A stretch of DNA of 64,000 nucleotides from IMG/VR virus record IMGVR_UViG_2565956726_000008, one strand, 5' to 3'. This DNA is from a virus (lineage: Duplodnaviria; Heunggongvirae; Uroviricota; Caudoviricetes). Position numbers and translations under genes: made by a program. Numbering within the stretch: position 1 is the stretch's first letter; every line of letters starts with the position of its first letter. A model generated the notes under the pieces. The model made no database searches. It was not told the DNA's origin and saw nothing but the letters and a program-made list of their open reading frames with translations. Positions 29,633-38,618 of this stretch are shown here, piece by piece.

Positions 29633-29809
29633 TTAAAGTTCATGTGCCATCTGGTCTTTTTCGGCACAAGCTTCACTGCAATATTTTCTCGGTTCGTCTT
29701 TTGATAAAATCCCGTGCATGAAGTGAAGCATTCTTTCAATAGCTTTGCTTTCTTCAACGTCTTTTTTGCAAAGGTGGTAAGCACATTTTATTTTCTTAGT
29801 CATCACCAT
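29633..29809 (-). CDS. ydaE: small zinc-ribbon-like protein YdaE
   Basis: 58-aa ORF absent from the provided track: [58 protein letters not shown]; sits between racC and kilR as in Rac. Confidence 0.6.
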   Translation of the reverse strand: MVMTKKIKCAYHLCKKDVEESKAIERMLHFMHGILSKDEPRKYCSEACAEKDQMAHEL

Positions 29810-30024
29810 GACTCCGCCTTTACAGGTAAACCATCACAACCGAGGAAGACTTTAATCATGCGGTCAGTAATGCATGTTTTTGTGGTCAGGTTACGAATAT
29901 ATAGTTTTCGCTTTTTAATATTGTTTGCCGAGGCAATATATGTCCGGCCTTCATGAAGAACATAATCGCCAGGAGTCACACACTGACGTGGTATTTCATC
30001 AGTTCCGAAGTGATGTGCAATCAT
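29803..30024 (-). CDS. kilR: cell-division inhibitor KilR (FtsZ inhibitor)
   Basis: 73 aa from [14 protein letters not shown]; matches recollection of K-12 KilR. Confidence 0.8.
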   Translation of the reverse strand: MIAHHFGTDEIPRQCVTPGDYVLHEGRTYIASANNIKKRKLYIRNLTTKTCITDRMIKVFLGCDGLPVKAESW

Positions 30025-30465
30025 AATTATCTCCATTTTTACAAATGAATTTTGTTGATGCGGTGCCTGGTGCCTCCAGGTGACTGCAACCAGTTAACAA
30101 TTACAGTCGGCTTTCCCACCCAAACCAATAAGGACTAACATGACTTTTAACTGTGCCACGTGCGCTTAGCCGCATTCACCGCATCACAAAATTCACTTTA
30201 AAAAGGGCGGACATCAGCCGAACTTCAAGAAAAAAACTGATGCCGCCAGGACTACACACAGCAATGTCGTTATTTACAACCGGAGGCGCACTCCCACCAT
30301 TTAAATTTAACAGACAAGACCGACTCTTTATGGATATCGGAAATGCGCCTTCGTGTTGTGCCCGGTTTTATTTCACCACCTCCGGGCTTCGGTGGTCTCG
30401 GCTATACCCCTACAGCGAGAGCTTGTGTTAACATTTCAATACCCTTACAGTTGAGAGTTATTGAT

Positions 30466-30954
30466 ATGTTGGATGTATTTACTCCATTGTTGAAACTTTT
30501 TGCTAACGAGCCACTCGAAAGACTTATGTATACGATTATCATTTTTGGTCTCACTCTCTGGCTGATACCGAAAGAGTTTGCTGTCGCATTCAATGCTTAT
30601 ACTGAAATACCCTGGCTCTTTCAGATTATCGTTTTTGCCTTTTCTTTCGTGGTCGCTATTTCCTTCTCAAGATTGCGAGCACATATTCAAAAGCATTATT
30701 CATTGCTACCAGAGCAACGAGTATTGCTTCGTTTATCTGAGAAAGAAATCGCTGTATTTAAAGATTTCCTTAAAACAGGAAATCTTATTATCACTTCTCC
30801 TTGCCGTAACCCGGTTATGAAAAAATTAGAACGGAAGGGCATCATTCAACATCAGAGTGATAGCGCAAACTGTTCTTATTATCTCGTCACCGAAAAATAC
30901 TCCCACTTTATGAAGTTATTCTGGAACAGCAGGAGCAGGCGTTTTAATCGTTAG
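30466..30954 (+). CDS. sieB: superinfection exclusion protein SieB
   Basis: 162 aa from MLDVFTPLLKLFANEP with two TM helices; matches recollection of Rac SieB. Confidence 0.8.
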   Translation: MLDVFTPLLKLFANEPLERLMYTIIIFGLTLWLIPKEFAVAFNAYTEIPWLFQIIVFAFSFVVAISFSRLRAHIQKHYSLLPEQRVLLRLSEKEIAVFKDFLKTGNLIITSPCRNPVMKKLERKGIIQHQSDSANCSYYLVTEKYSHFMKLFWNSRSRRFNR

Positions 30955-31106
30955 CTTACTGTGTGCTTCTCCAACCATCGTCGTGCGCCAGCTTCGGTTT
31001 TAAACGTTTTGCTTTTGGTATACGTCATGGCAGTGAACGTTCCATCCTGGTTGGGGAACACGCCGCACACCAGGGATTCGTTATTGCCGAGGTCGATTTT
31101 TTGCAT
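30951..31106 (-). CDS. ydaG: small Rac protein YdaG
   Basis: 51-aa ORF absent from the provided track: MQKIDLGNNESLVCGVFPNQDGTFTAMTYTKSKTFKTEAGARRWLEKHTVS. Confidence 0.55.
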   Translation of the reverse strand: MQKIDLGNNESLVCGVFPNQDGTFTAMTYTKSKTFKTEAGARRWLEKHTVS

Positions 31107-31116
31107 TTTTCGCACC

Positions 31117-31251
31117 TCACATCTTGTTGTTGCGGATAGAGGCTTCTGCCTGCCAGAGATCCCAGTCGTTGCTGCGTAGAGCCTGTACAGCCTGGCTGTA
31201 AGTGATATCGCAACAATCCATCAAATACTGAACTACTTCGTAATGCACCAT
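31117..31251 (-). CDS. ydaF: small Rac protein YdaF-like
   Basis: 44 aa from MVHYEVVQYLMDCCDITYSQ with AAGGGGAGA Shine-Dalgarno; the listed 60-aa form (to 31299) is the alternative. Confidence 0.45.
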   Translation of the reverse strand: MVHYEVVQYLMDCCDITYSQAVQALRSNDWDLWQAEASIRNNKM

Positions 31252-31541
31252 CTTATCTCTCCCCTTAACGCCGGGTGGCGGAACTGAAACCTGCTGCACT
31301 GCAAAATCTGAACCCTGCCGTCATGTTCATACGCCTCGGGCTGGCTACTTAACCCCTGACCACTGCCTGGTAACTCGAAGTATTGCCCTGCGTTCTGTGG
31401 GGCGGGGTGGGTTGGTAGGTATATGATGTACTTTGTGTTCATTGATGTAAAGTACTTTAAGTACATTTTGTGTGTAAAAAAATGAGATGGGATAAAGTGA
31501 AGCACAAACCCGGAGGGGGGAGCTACCGGATTTATGCTGGT

Positions 31542-31961
31542 TTAAGAGGCTTTTTGTTTTTTCTTTCGTGCTAACTCTTCGTAAATTGCATTGTACTTCT
31601 GTTTTTTCTCCTCAAGAGTTTTTAAAAGTTCATCTGTCTCACTGTCAGGGAGCTCGTCCAGAAGGTCAATGATGATTTTTTGTCTTGGATTTAACTCCTG
31701 ATAGAAACGTACCTGTCCACTTTCTTCTGTATCCTCTCCCAAAAGATAGGTTGGTGTTGTTCCAATGAGTGTTGCTAATTCCCTTAATTTCTCTCGGCGA
31801 GGAATTGTTTCGCCATTAAACCATTTGCTAACCGCTTTTGGTGTTAATTTCATTCGACGGGCAATTTCTGCCTGCCTTCCATGTTGTTCATAACCAGCGT
31901 TTTCACAGGCTAGCGCAAGCCTACTGGCGAACTCTTTACGCGCTTTATCTTCATGAACCAT
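31542..31961 (-). CDS. racR: prophage repressor RacR (XRE-family HTH)
   Basis: 139 aa; HTH region QAEIARRMKLTPKAVSKWFNGETIP; divergent from the ydaS operon. Confidence 0.8.
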   Translation of the reverse strand: MVHEDKARKEFASRLALACENAGYEQHGRQAEIARRMKLTPKAVSKWFNGETIPRREKLRELATLIGTTPTYLLGEDTEESGQVRFYQELNPRQKIIIDLLDELPDSETDELLKTLEEKKQKYNAIYEELARKKKQKAS

Positions 31962-32040
31962 AAGTTCAATGATATTCGCTCTTGAATGTACTGTCAGTTC
32001 TGTTATAGCATGTACTCAAAGTTCACATTGTGAGGGTGAT
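31962..32040. promoter_or_regulatory. divergent racR / ydaS promoter-operator region
   Basis: 79-bp intergenic region between divergently transcribed repressor and cro-like genes, with repeated tgtact half-sites (atgtactgtcag, agcatgtactcaaag). Confidence 0.4.
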
Positions 32041-32295
32041 ATGAACCAGAAAACACTTGAAGATGTAATCAAAACTGTTCGCGTTTCTGTTGTGGCCGAC
32101 GTTTGTGGTGTCAGCCAAAGAGCAATCTACAAATGGATGGATAACGGAAAATTGCCTCGCACAGAATATACCGGCGAAACAAATTACGCTGAAAAAATCG
32201 CTCATGCATCAAACGGATTATTTTCTGCCGATGTAATTTTAACTATTGGCAGAAATAAAACTACTACGAAAAAGCTGATGGGAGTTGATTCATGA
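32041..32295 (+). CDS. ydaS: Cro-like HTH protein YdaS
   Basis: 84 aa from MNQKTLEDVIKTVRVSVVADVCGVSQRAIYKWM. Confidence 0.75.
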   Translation: MNQKTLEDVIKTVRVSVVADVCGVSQRAIYKWMDNGKLPRTEYTGETNYAEKIAHASNGLFSADVILTIGRNKTTTKKLMGVDS

Positions 32296-32714
32296 AAATC
32301 AAGCATGAGCACATCGAGTCAGTGTTGTTAGCCCTGGCAGCCGAAAAAGGGCAGGCATGGGTAGCCAATGCCATTACTGAAGAATATCTGCGCCAGGGGG
32401 GCGGCGAATTGCCCCTGGTACCAGGCAAGGACTGGAATAATCAGCAGAACATCTATCACCGTTGGTTAAAAGGTGAAACGGAAGCGCAAAGGGAAAAAAT
32501 TCAGAAACTGATCCCTGCAATTCTGGCAATCCTTCCGCGCGAGCTGCGTCACCGACTCTGCATCTTCGATACCCTGGAACGCCGTGCATTACTGGCGGCG
32601 CAGGAAGCGTTAAGTACGGCAATTGATGCGCATGATGATGCAGTCCAGGCCGTTTACCGGAAAGCGCATTTCAGCGGCGGCGGGTCTTCCGACGATTCTG
32701 TCATTGTTCATTAA
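32292..32714 (+). CDS. ydaT: Rac prophage protein YdaT
   Basis: 140 aa; ATGA overlap with ydaS stop. Confidence 0.8.
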   Translation: MKIKHEHIESVLLALAAEKGQAWVANAITEEYLRQGGGELPLVPGKDWNNQQNIYHRWLKGETEAQREKIQKLIPAILAILPRELRHRLCIFDTLERRALLAAQEALSTAIDAHDDAVQAVYRKAHFSGGGSSDDSVIVH

Positions 32715-32726
32715 GCAAAAGTTTCC

Positions 32727-33584
32727 ATGCTGTTTGTGCTTATTCTAAGCAACCGGGCAGCATCATACGGGGCAATTATGGCCGCATTACCATACATGCA
32801 ACTGTACATAGCTGATTACCTGGCTGACACCATGCATTTGTCAGCAGAGGAGCATGGTGCGTATTTGTTGCTGATGTTCAATTACTGGCAAACAGGAAAG
32901 CCAATACCTAAAAACAGGCTGGCAAAAATTGCCCGTCTGACTAACGAGCGATGGGCTGATGTTGAACCATCCTTGCAGGAGTTTTTTTGCGATAACGGCG
33001 AGGAATGGGTGCATCTTCGGATTGAGGAAGATCTGGCATCAGTCAGGGAAAAATTAACCAAAAAATCAGCCGCAGGAAAAGCATCTGTTCAGGCCAGAAG
33101 AAGCAGAAAGGAAGCAGATGTTCAAACAAAACAAGAGAGAAATTTAACAGGTGTTCAAACAGATGTTGAAGTGGTGTTTGAACATGATGTCAACACAAAG
33201 GCAACTAATAAAGATACAGATAAAGATCTAAAAACAGATCCCCCCCTAAATCCCCCCCGGGGGAATCGAGGTGTCAAAAAGTTTGACCCTCTGGATATTG
33301 CTTTGCCGAACTGGATTTCTGTCTCGCTTTGGCGTGAGTGGGTTGAATTTCGCCAGGCATTGCGAAAACCGATTCGAACGGAGCAGGGCGCTAACGGGGC
33401 GATACGGGAGCTGGAAAAATTCCGCCAGCAGGGTTTTTCACCTGAGCAGGTGATTCGACACAGCATCGCCAATGAATACCAGGGCTTGTTCGCGCCGAAA
33501 GGTGTTCGACCTGAGACGTTACTCCGACAGGTTAACACCGTCTCGTTACCGGATAGTGCGATCCCGCCAGGCTTCAGGGGGTAA
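32727..33584 (+). CDS. ydaU: replication-associated protein YdaU (DUF1376-like)
   Basis: 285 aa; position upstream of the DnaC-like gene, analogous to lambda O. Confidence 0.75.
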   Translation: MLFVLILSNRAASYGAIMAALPYMQLYIADYLADTMHLSAEEHGAYLLLMFNYWQTGKPIPKNRLAKIARLTNERWADVEPSLQEFFCDNGEEWVHLRIEEDLASVREKLTKKSAAGKASVQARRSRKEADVQTKQERNLTGVQTDVEVVFEHDVNTKATNKDTDKDLKTDPPLNPPRGNRGVKKFDPLDIALPNWISVSLWREWVEFRQALRKPIRTEQGANGAIRELEKFRQQGFSPEQVIRHSIANEYQGLFAPKGVRPETLLRQVNTVSLPDSAIPPGFRG

Positions 33585-33590
33585 CTGACC

Positions 33591-34337
33591 ATGAAAAATA
33601 TTGCGACAGGCGATGTTCTTGAACGTATCCGCAGACTGGCCCCGTCACATGTAACCGCGCCATTCAAGACGGTAGCGGAGTGGCGCGAGTGGCAACTTTC
33701 CGAAGGCCAGAAACGTTGTGAGGAGATCAACCGTCAGAATCGTCAGTTGCGGGTGGAAAAAATTCTGAATCGCTCTGGCATCCAGCCATTGCACCGCAAA
33801 TGCTCGTTTTCGAATTACCAGGTGCAGAACGAAGGGCAGCGATACGCGTTGAGTCAGGCGAAATCCATCGCTGATGAACTGATGACCGGGTGTACAAATT
33901 TTGCGTTCAGCGGAAAACCTGGTACCGGGAAGAACCACTTAGCGGCAGCTATCGGGAATCGCCTGCTGAAAGACGGTCAGACAGTGATTGTGGTTACCGT
34001 GGCTGATGTTATGAGTGCCCTGCACGCCAGCTATGACGATGGGCAGTCAGGCGAAAAATTTTTGCGGGAACTGTGCGAAGTGGATCTGCTGGTTCTTGAT
34101 GAAATTGGCATTCAGCGCGAGACGAAAAACGAGCAGGTGGTACTGCACCAGATTGTTGATCGCCGGACAGCGTCGATGCGCAGCGTGGGGATGCTGACAA
34201 ACCTGAACTATGAGGCCATGAAAACATTGCTCGGCGAGCGGATTATGGATCGCATGACCATGAACGGCGGGCGATGGGTGAATTTTAACTGGGAGAGCTG
34301 GCGTCCGAATGTCGTCCAGCCAGGAATTGCGAAGTAA
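33591..34337 (+). CDS. ydaV: DnaC-like helicase loader (IstB-type AAA+ ATPase) YdaV
   Basis: 248 aa; Walker [12 protein letters not shown] and Walker B LLVLDEIG. Confidence 0.85.
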
Positions 34338-34359
34338 TTTTTACCGGGAGAAAAATTTA

Positions 34360-35121
34360 ATGGAGACTGTTTTTGACGCACTGAAAGCAATGGGAAAAGC
34401 CACATCCATAGAACTTGCTGCGCGACTTGATATCAGTCGTGAAGAAGTGCTGAACGAACTATGGGAACTGAAAAAGGCTGGTTTTGTTGATAAAAGCGCG
34501 TACACCTGGCGTGTGGCTGATAACAACGTTCAGCAGGAACAGCCAGCGCAGGCAGAACTGCCGGAAGAAATCACCACAGCAACAGTAGCGAAAATCTCAG
34601 AGTGCGATTTAACCGCGACGATTGAACAACGAGGACCACAAACGGCTGATGAGCTGGCTACATTGTTTGGTACCACATCACGCAAAGTGGCTTCAACGCT
34701 GGCAATGGCAATCAGCAAAGGTCGTCTGATTCGCGTAAATCAGGGCGGTAAATTTCGTTACTGCATACCGGGCGATAATTTACCAGCAGAGCCGAAAGCA
34801 GCATCGGTAGCGGAAACTGATGGTAAGGCCTTTCCTCAGACCGCAGGTGTTGCGTTACCAGTACAGGAGGCTGCAACACAGGAAGATATTAAAACAGAAA
34901 CTGTGGCGGACATTGTGCAGTCGCTGCCATCGTTTACTGAAACGCGAGCGGATGACCTGGTTTTACCATCACTGCATATGGCAAACCGCGAACTGCGTCG
35001 GGCGAAAAATCATGTCCAGAAGTGGGAGCGTGTCTGCGCCGCGCTGCGTGAGTTGAACAAGCACAGGGATATTGTACGACAGATTACTGATTCTTCCCGC
35101 CATGTTGCATCGGAAAAGTGA
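34360..35121 (+). CDS. ydaW: YdaW-like prophage protein (full length)
   Basis: 253 aa from [14 protein letters not shown] (listed ORF begins at 34309, overlapping ydaV). Confidence 0.55.
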
Positions 35122-35136
35122 TTGCCGGAGGCACCT

Positions 35137-35559
35137 ATGGCAAAAGTATTTACACCAGAAGAGCGAGAAAAAATTAAAGGACAGGTTGTTGAACTTGTAC
35201 CTCTGAGCGGTCGCGAGACGTTACGGCAACTGGAAGCCAAGACAGGTGAGACAAGATATCTGATGAGTGTTCTCGCCAGTGAGCTGGTTGCCAGTGGCGA
35301 TGTATACAACTCTGGTTACGGGTTATTCCCGTCTGAACAGGCGCGTAAAGACTGGCAAAACGCCCGCAAAAAACTATCGAGGGCAAAGGTGAAGAAACCT
35401 GCTGTAGTTGATCCGGACCTTATCTGGTCATTACCAGACGGAGAAATACGCCGCTATGACAGGCGTCTGAATATAATCTGTCGCGAGTGCCGGAAGAGCG
35501 AAGTCATGCAGCGTGTACTGGCGTTCTATCAGGGTAATTTTCAGGATGTGCTGTTGTGA
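35137..35559 (+). CDS. hypothetical prophage protein
   Basis: 140 aa from MAKVFTPEEREKIKG; CxxC near C-terminus (ICRECRK). Confidence 0.45.
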   Translation: MAKVFTPEEREKIKGQVVELVPLSGRETLRQLEAKTGETRYLMSVLASELVASGDVYNSGYGLFPSEQARKDWQNARKKLSRAKVKKPAVVDPDLIWSLPDGEIRRYDRRLNIICRECRKSEVMQRVLAFYQGNFQDVLL

Positions 35560-35720
35560 GCCAAATTAACAATCAGGGAACTGCGTGAACTGAAAGAGAA
35601 ATCATAATCCAAATCTGAATAATTAAATTTAGCACTGTAAATAAAATTTAATCCTTAACCGGAGGGGGGGGCTGCACCCTCAAAATATTAGGAGGCGGCC
35701 CGAAAGGGCGGTAATGAAAA

Positions 35721-36224
35721 ATGACTGAATTAACCAAAAAGCAATTAATCGAAGAAGCTAAATTAAAAATAGCGATTGAGAAATGCCACCCCAATTCAGG
35801 GATGGCACGGGTAGAGGGCGAATTATTCAAAATTGCTCTGGCATCGCTGGAAGCAGAGCCAGTTGGTGATTTTTATGAATACAAACCGGATGACTGGTAT
35901 CAGCGTTCGGCTGGAGATAAAGCGCCAAAATGGACGCCACCCTATGCCGTTTTTCCAGCGCCCGTAGTGCCGGAAGAAATGGATTTGCTTACATGCCATC
36001 TCGATGGTGTAACTGAAACATATGCTGAGGGATGGAACGCTTGCCGCGCTGCCCTGCTTCAGGGCAAAGGGGAGCCCGGGAAACAAGTTCGCGAATTGAC
36101 AATGCTGGTTAAACAATTGGTTAGTCAACTGAAGAAACCGAAACCGGGCTGCAAATTGCCGGATAAAGTGATGGACTACCTGGAGCGAAGCGGACTTATA
36201 AGCGTGGAGGATGTTTTACGATGA
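35721..36224 (+). CDS. hypothetical prophage protein
   Basis: 167-aa ORF with AGGAGG RBS. Confidence 0.5.
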   Translation: MTELTKKQLIEEAKLKIAIEKCHPNSGMARVEGELFKIALASLEAEPVGDFYEYKPDDWYQRSAGDKAPKWTPPYAVFPAPVVPEEMDLLTCHLDGVTETYAEGWNACRAALLQGKGEPGKQVRELTMLVKQLVSQLKKPKPGCKLPDKVMDYLERSGLISVEDVLR

Positions 36225-36304
36225 CCTGGCCTGAAGCATTCACAACGGTAGGAATTGCGATGGCGGTGGCGCTGGTGGTGTATTCGATTTGCCGCTGGGG
36301 TTGA
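36221..36304 (+). CDS. small hydrophobic peptide (27 aa), translationally coupled
   Basis: ATGA overlap with preceding stop; MTWPEAFTTVGIAMAVALVVYSICRWG is a single predicted TM helix. Not in the provided track. Confidence 0.3.
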   Translation: MTWPEAFTTVGIAMAVALVVYSICRWG

Positions 36305-36317
36305 TAATACTAAATAA

Positions 36318-36336
36318 CCAGCCCTTATGGGGCTGG
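36318..36336. terminator. hairpin between convergent genes (possible terminator)
   Basis: ccagccc-ttat-ggggctgg stem-loop; only a weak U-run on either strand. Confidence 0.3.
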
Positions 36337-36344
36337 CTAATCAT

Positions 36345-37118
36345 TTAGAACTGTTCATTGCCATCGAGGTTAGGTAGCATAATTTTTTCAATCAAGGCGA
36401 GAGCCTTTTTGTCCCGGTCAGCGAAGTATTTCGGGGCATATTGCGGCAACCAAATATTGTTAAAATGTTCTTTGAAATCTGCTAAATATTCATTTGGGTA
36501 CAGCCTTGCAGGGTATACGCGACCATCGGGATATTCATGGTCATAGGTAGGGAATGTTTTGGGTTCTACGTTTCTATTATCTCTTAACCATTGTGAAAAT
36601 ACTCTTCCTTGTGAAATGTCAGGAACCATTTTTTCTGGGAGTGTGTACCCTGCTTGTTCAAGAGGTGCAACCAAGTTGAATGTCAGTTCATTAAGAATAG
36701 AAAAGTGCGTGTGAGGAATTCTACTACGATTAACCATGTACCGTTTTAAATGTACAGGCATTTCTGCTGTAGTTCTTTCCCCTGACATCCATTCACGAAC
36801 CCATCTTGAAACCTGGACTGCAAATTTGGGCGATAGCCACTGCGCTAGATTAATAGCGATGTCAGGATGCACCCATGTCCCTTGGTTTTCAGGTCTTCCA
36901 CCTTTAAATGATTGAATTAACTCCGATATGGGAATTCCCATATCGCGTGATAATTCGTCAAAAAACTCTTGAGTAGTTTTGAGTCTAGTGTAATCAGAGA
37001 GCAGTTTGCCCGCAGTTCTACACATTGATGTGGCGTTTATGTAACCATCTTTGGCACGTAAATGTATTATTTCGCCGTCAATTTCACGAGAAATCAAAGA
37101 TAATTGAAAGGATGTCAT
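36345..37118 (-). CDS. KilA-N domain protein with uncharacterised C-terminal domain
   Basis: 257 aa; N-terminal about 100 aa (EIDGEIIHLRAKDGYINATSMCRTAGKLLSDYTRL...WVHPDIAINLAQWL) matches the KilA-N DNA-binding fold pattern. Confidence 0.55.
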   Translation of the reverse strand: MTSFQLSLISREIDGEIIHLRAKDGYINATSMCRTAGKLLSDYTRLKTTQEFFDELSRDMGIPISELIQSFKGGRPENQGTWVHPDIAINLAQWLSPKFAVQVSRWVREWMSGERTTAEMPVHLKRYMVNRSRIPHTHFSILNELTFNLVAPLEQAGYTLPEKMVPDISQGRVFSQWLRDNRNVEPKTFPTYDHEYPDGRVYPARLYPNEYLADFKEHFNNIWLPQYAPKYFADRDKKALALIEKIMLPNLDGNEQF

Positions 37119-37640
37119 TGAAAATTCCTCAAGTTGGAGAGTTCTGGAACATTAAGGCGAGGTGGCAGTAATGCACCATCTGTAATCTTTTGATACTGAC
37201 GTAATCGGGCCTGATGTGCAACGCCTTGCAAGTATGTAACTCATTGAAAACGATCATTTTTATCTATTGACATCAAATGGCAAACTGTCATTGTGCGGCT
37301 ATGGCAAGTGGCAAATGCTTATAAATCATATGGATATAAATAGTACAGAAAGAGTTGTTTTCTCTAGGATATGAGTATACGCCCAATGCTGATTGGTTGA
37401 ATTTTGTTCTTGTTTTAAAGGGTAAGAGTTTAAAGTGTTGGCAGTGATGTATTGGATAGTTAGAATTGCTGTGGGTGCTTGAGGCTATCTGCCTCGGGCA
37501 TGAACACCAAAGGTAGATAGAGAAAAGCCCCAGTTAACATTACGCGTCCTGCAAGACGTTTAACATTAATCTGAGGCCATATCTATGCGACACATAGAGA
37601 TTAGCCTCTTACGGACCGAAAGGTCAAGGAGAAGCAGGCT

Positions 37641-37766
37641 ATGAAGCAGCAAAAGGCGATGTTAATCGCCCTGATCGTCATCTGTTTAACCGTCATAGTG
37701 ACGGCACTGGTAACGAGGAAAGACCTCTGCGAGGTACGAATCCGAACTGGCAGACGGAGGCTCTGA
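37641..37766 (+). CDS. Hok/Gef-family toxin homolog with divergent, truncated C-terminus (possible pseudogene)
   Basis: 41-aa ORF MKQQKAMLIALIVICLTVIVTALVTRKDLCEVRIRTGRRRL; first 37 residues match HokD/RelF-type toxins as I recall them, then the frame departs from the canonical ...TGQTEVAVFTAYE... end. Confidence 0.55.
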   Translation: MKQQKAMLIALIVICLTVIVTALVTRKDLCEVRIRTGRRRL

Positions 37767-37848
37767 TTCGTAGACTACTAATCTGAGTAAAAGACCCAGC
37801 GGGGAAAGAACCACGCCGGGACTAGTTAATAAGATATTTATAGCGTGG

Positions 37849-38190
37849 CTATTCTTTTTTTGCGGTATAGACTTTTTCGCCTGAGAAGTCTGGAGCTACC
37901 CAAAAGTTAATATTAAACTGAGCATCATCGCTTAGTTCAACACGGTGCCAGTATTGTGGTGGGCTTGTTGCAAAAGCGCCAGCATTAATGACTACTTTTA
38001 TCTCCGGTTCAGTAGCATTCTCATCAGCAAAACCATAATATGTTACAGTACCTTCCATCACGCATAACTGTCCAAAAACACCTGCTGCTGTATTATGATG
38101 TGTTAATAACGCTGAAGGTACGTTCTCTTTTGTGAAGAACGGAGTTGAGCGTTTGATTACCCAGTCTTTAGGAATTCTCTTGTGTGTCAT
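37849..38190 (-). CDS. YeaR-like cupin (DUF1971-type)
   Basis: 113 aa from MTHKRIPKDWVIKRSTPFF; alignable with my recollection of E. coli YeaR (RSTPF..., NIDFFVAP-type end). Confidence 0.5.
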   Translation of the reverse strand: MTHKRIPKDWVIKRSTPFFTKENVPSALLTHHNTAAGVFGQLCVMEGTVTYYGFADENATEPEIKVVINAGAFATSPPQYWHRVELSDDAQFNINFWVAPDFSGEKVYTAKKE

Positions 38191-38558
38191 AACCACCTCC
38201 CATAAAACATGCATTATAAATGCACCTTTTTGAGGGTTATGTCAAGCTGTTATGAAACACATAATTGATATGTTGATTAGAGGAGAAGATAGAATCAATA
38301 TGGTTGTTTTTCGTATAACTATTTGTTTTACTTTTAGTTTGTGCATTCTGTGTGTTAGGAATAACTTATTAAAGTTTAACTAAAAAATCTCGATATAGTC
38401 CGCATAGATTACTGTTACTGAATCTTATTGTGTGCATTAGTTGTGTTCTGAAATTTCAATTTAATTACTTATGATATATTTTTAACGATAAATGTTTTCC
38501 GGGTGAAAGACAGTGGGGGATGAGATAAGCAATATATCATTAATCTTGATTATTTCCA

Positions 38559-38618
38559 GGATGCCTTTACTGTGCATATAAATAAATCATATACGCATCA
38601 AATAATGTAAAGGCATCC
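38559..38618 (+). promoter_or_regulatory. 12-bp perfect inverted repeat followed by a T-run (hairpin / terminator-like)
   Basis: ggatgcctttac (38559-38570) and gtaaaggcatcc (38607-38618), 36-nt spacer, followed by TTTT. Confidence 0.35.

Noticed and set aside
37584-37643. Short upstream frame (MRHIEISLLRTERSRRSRL) as a mok-like ORF
   Set aside because: Too short and uncertain to call. A mok-like overlapping frame is expected for hok loci, but I could not define it confidently from sequence alone.
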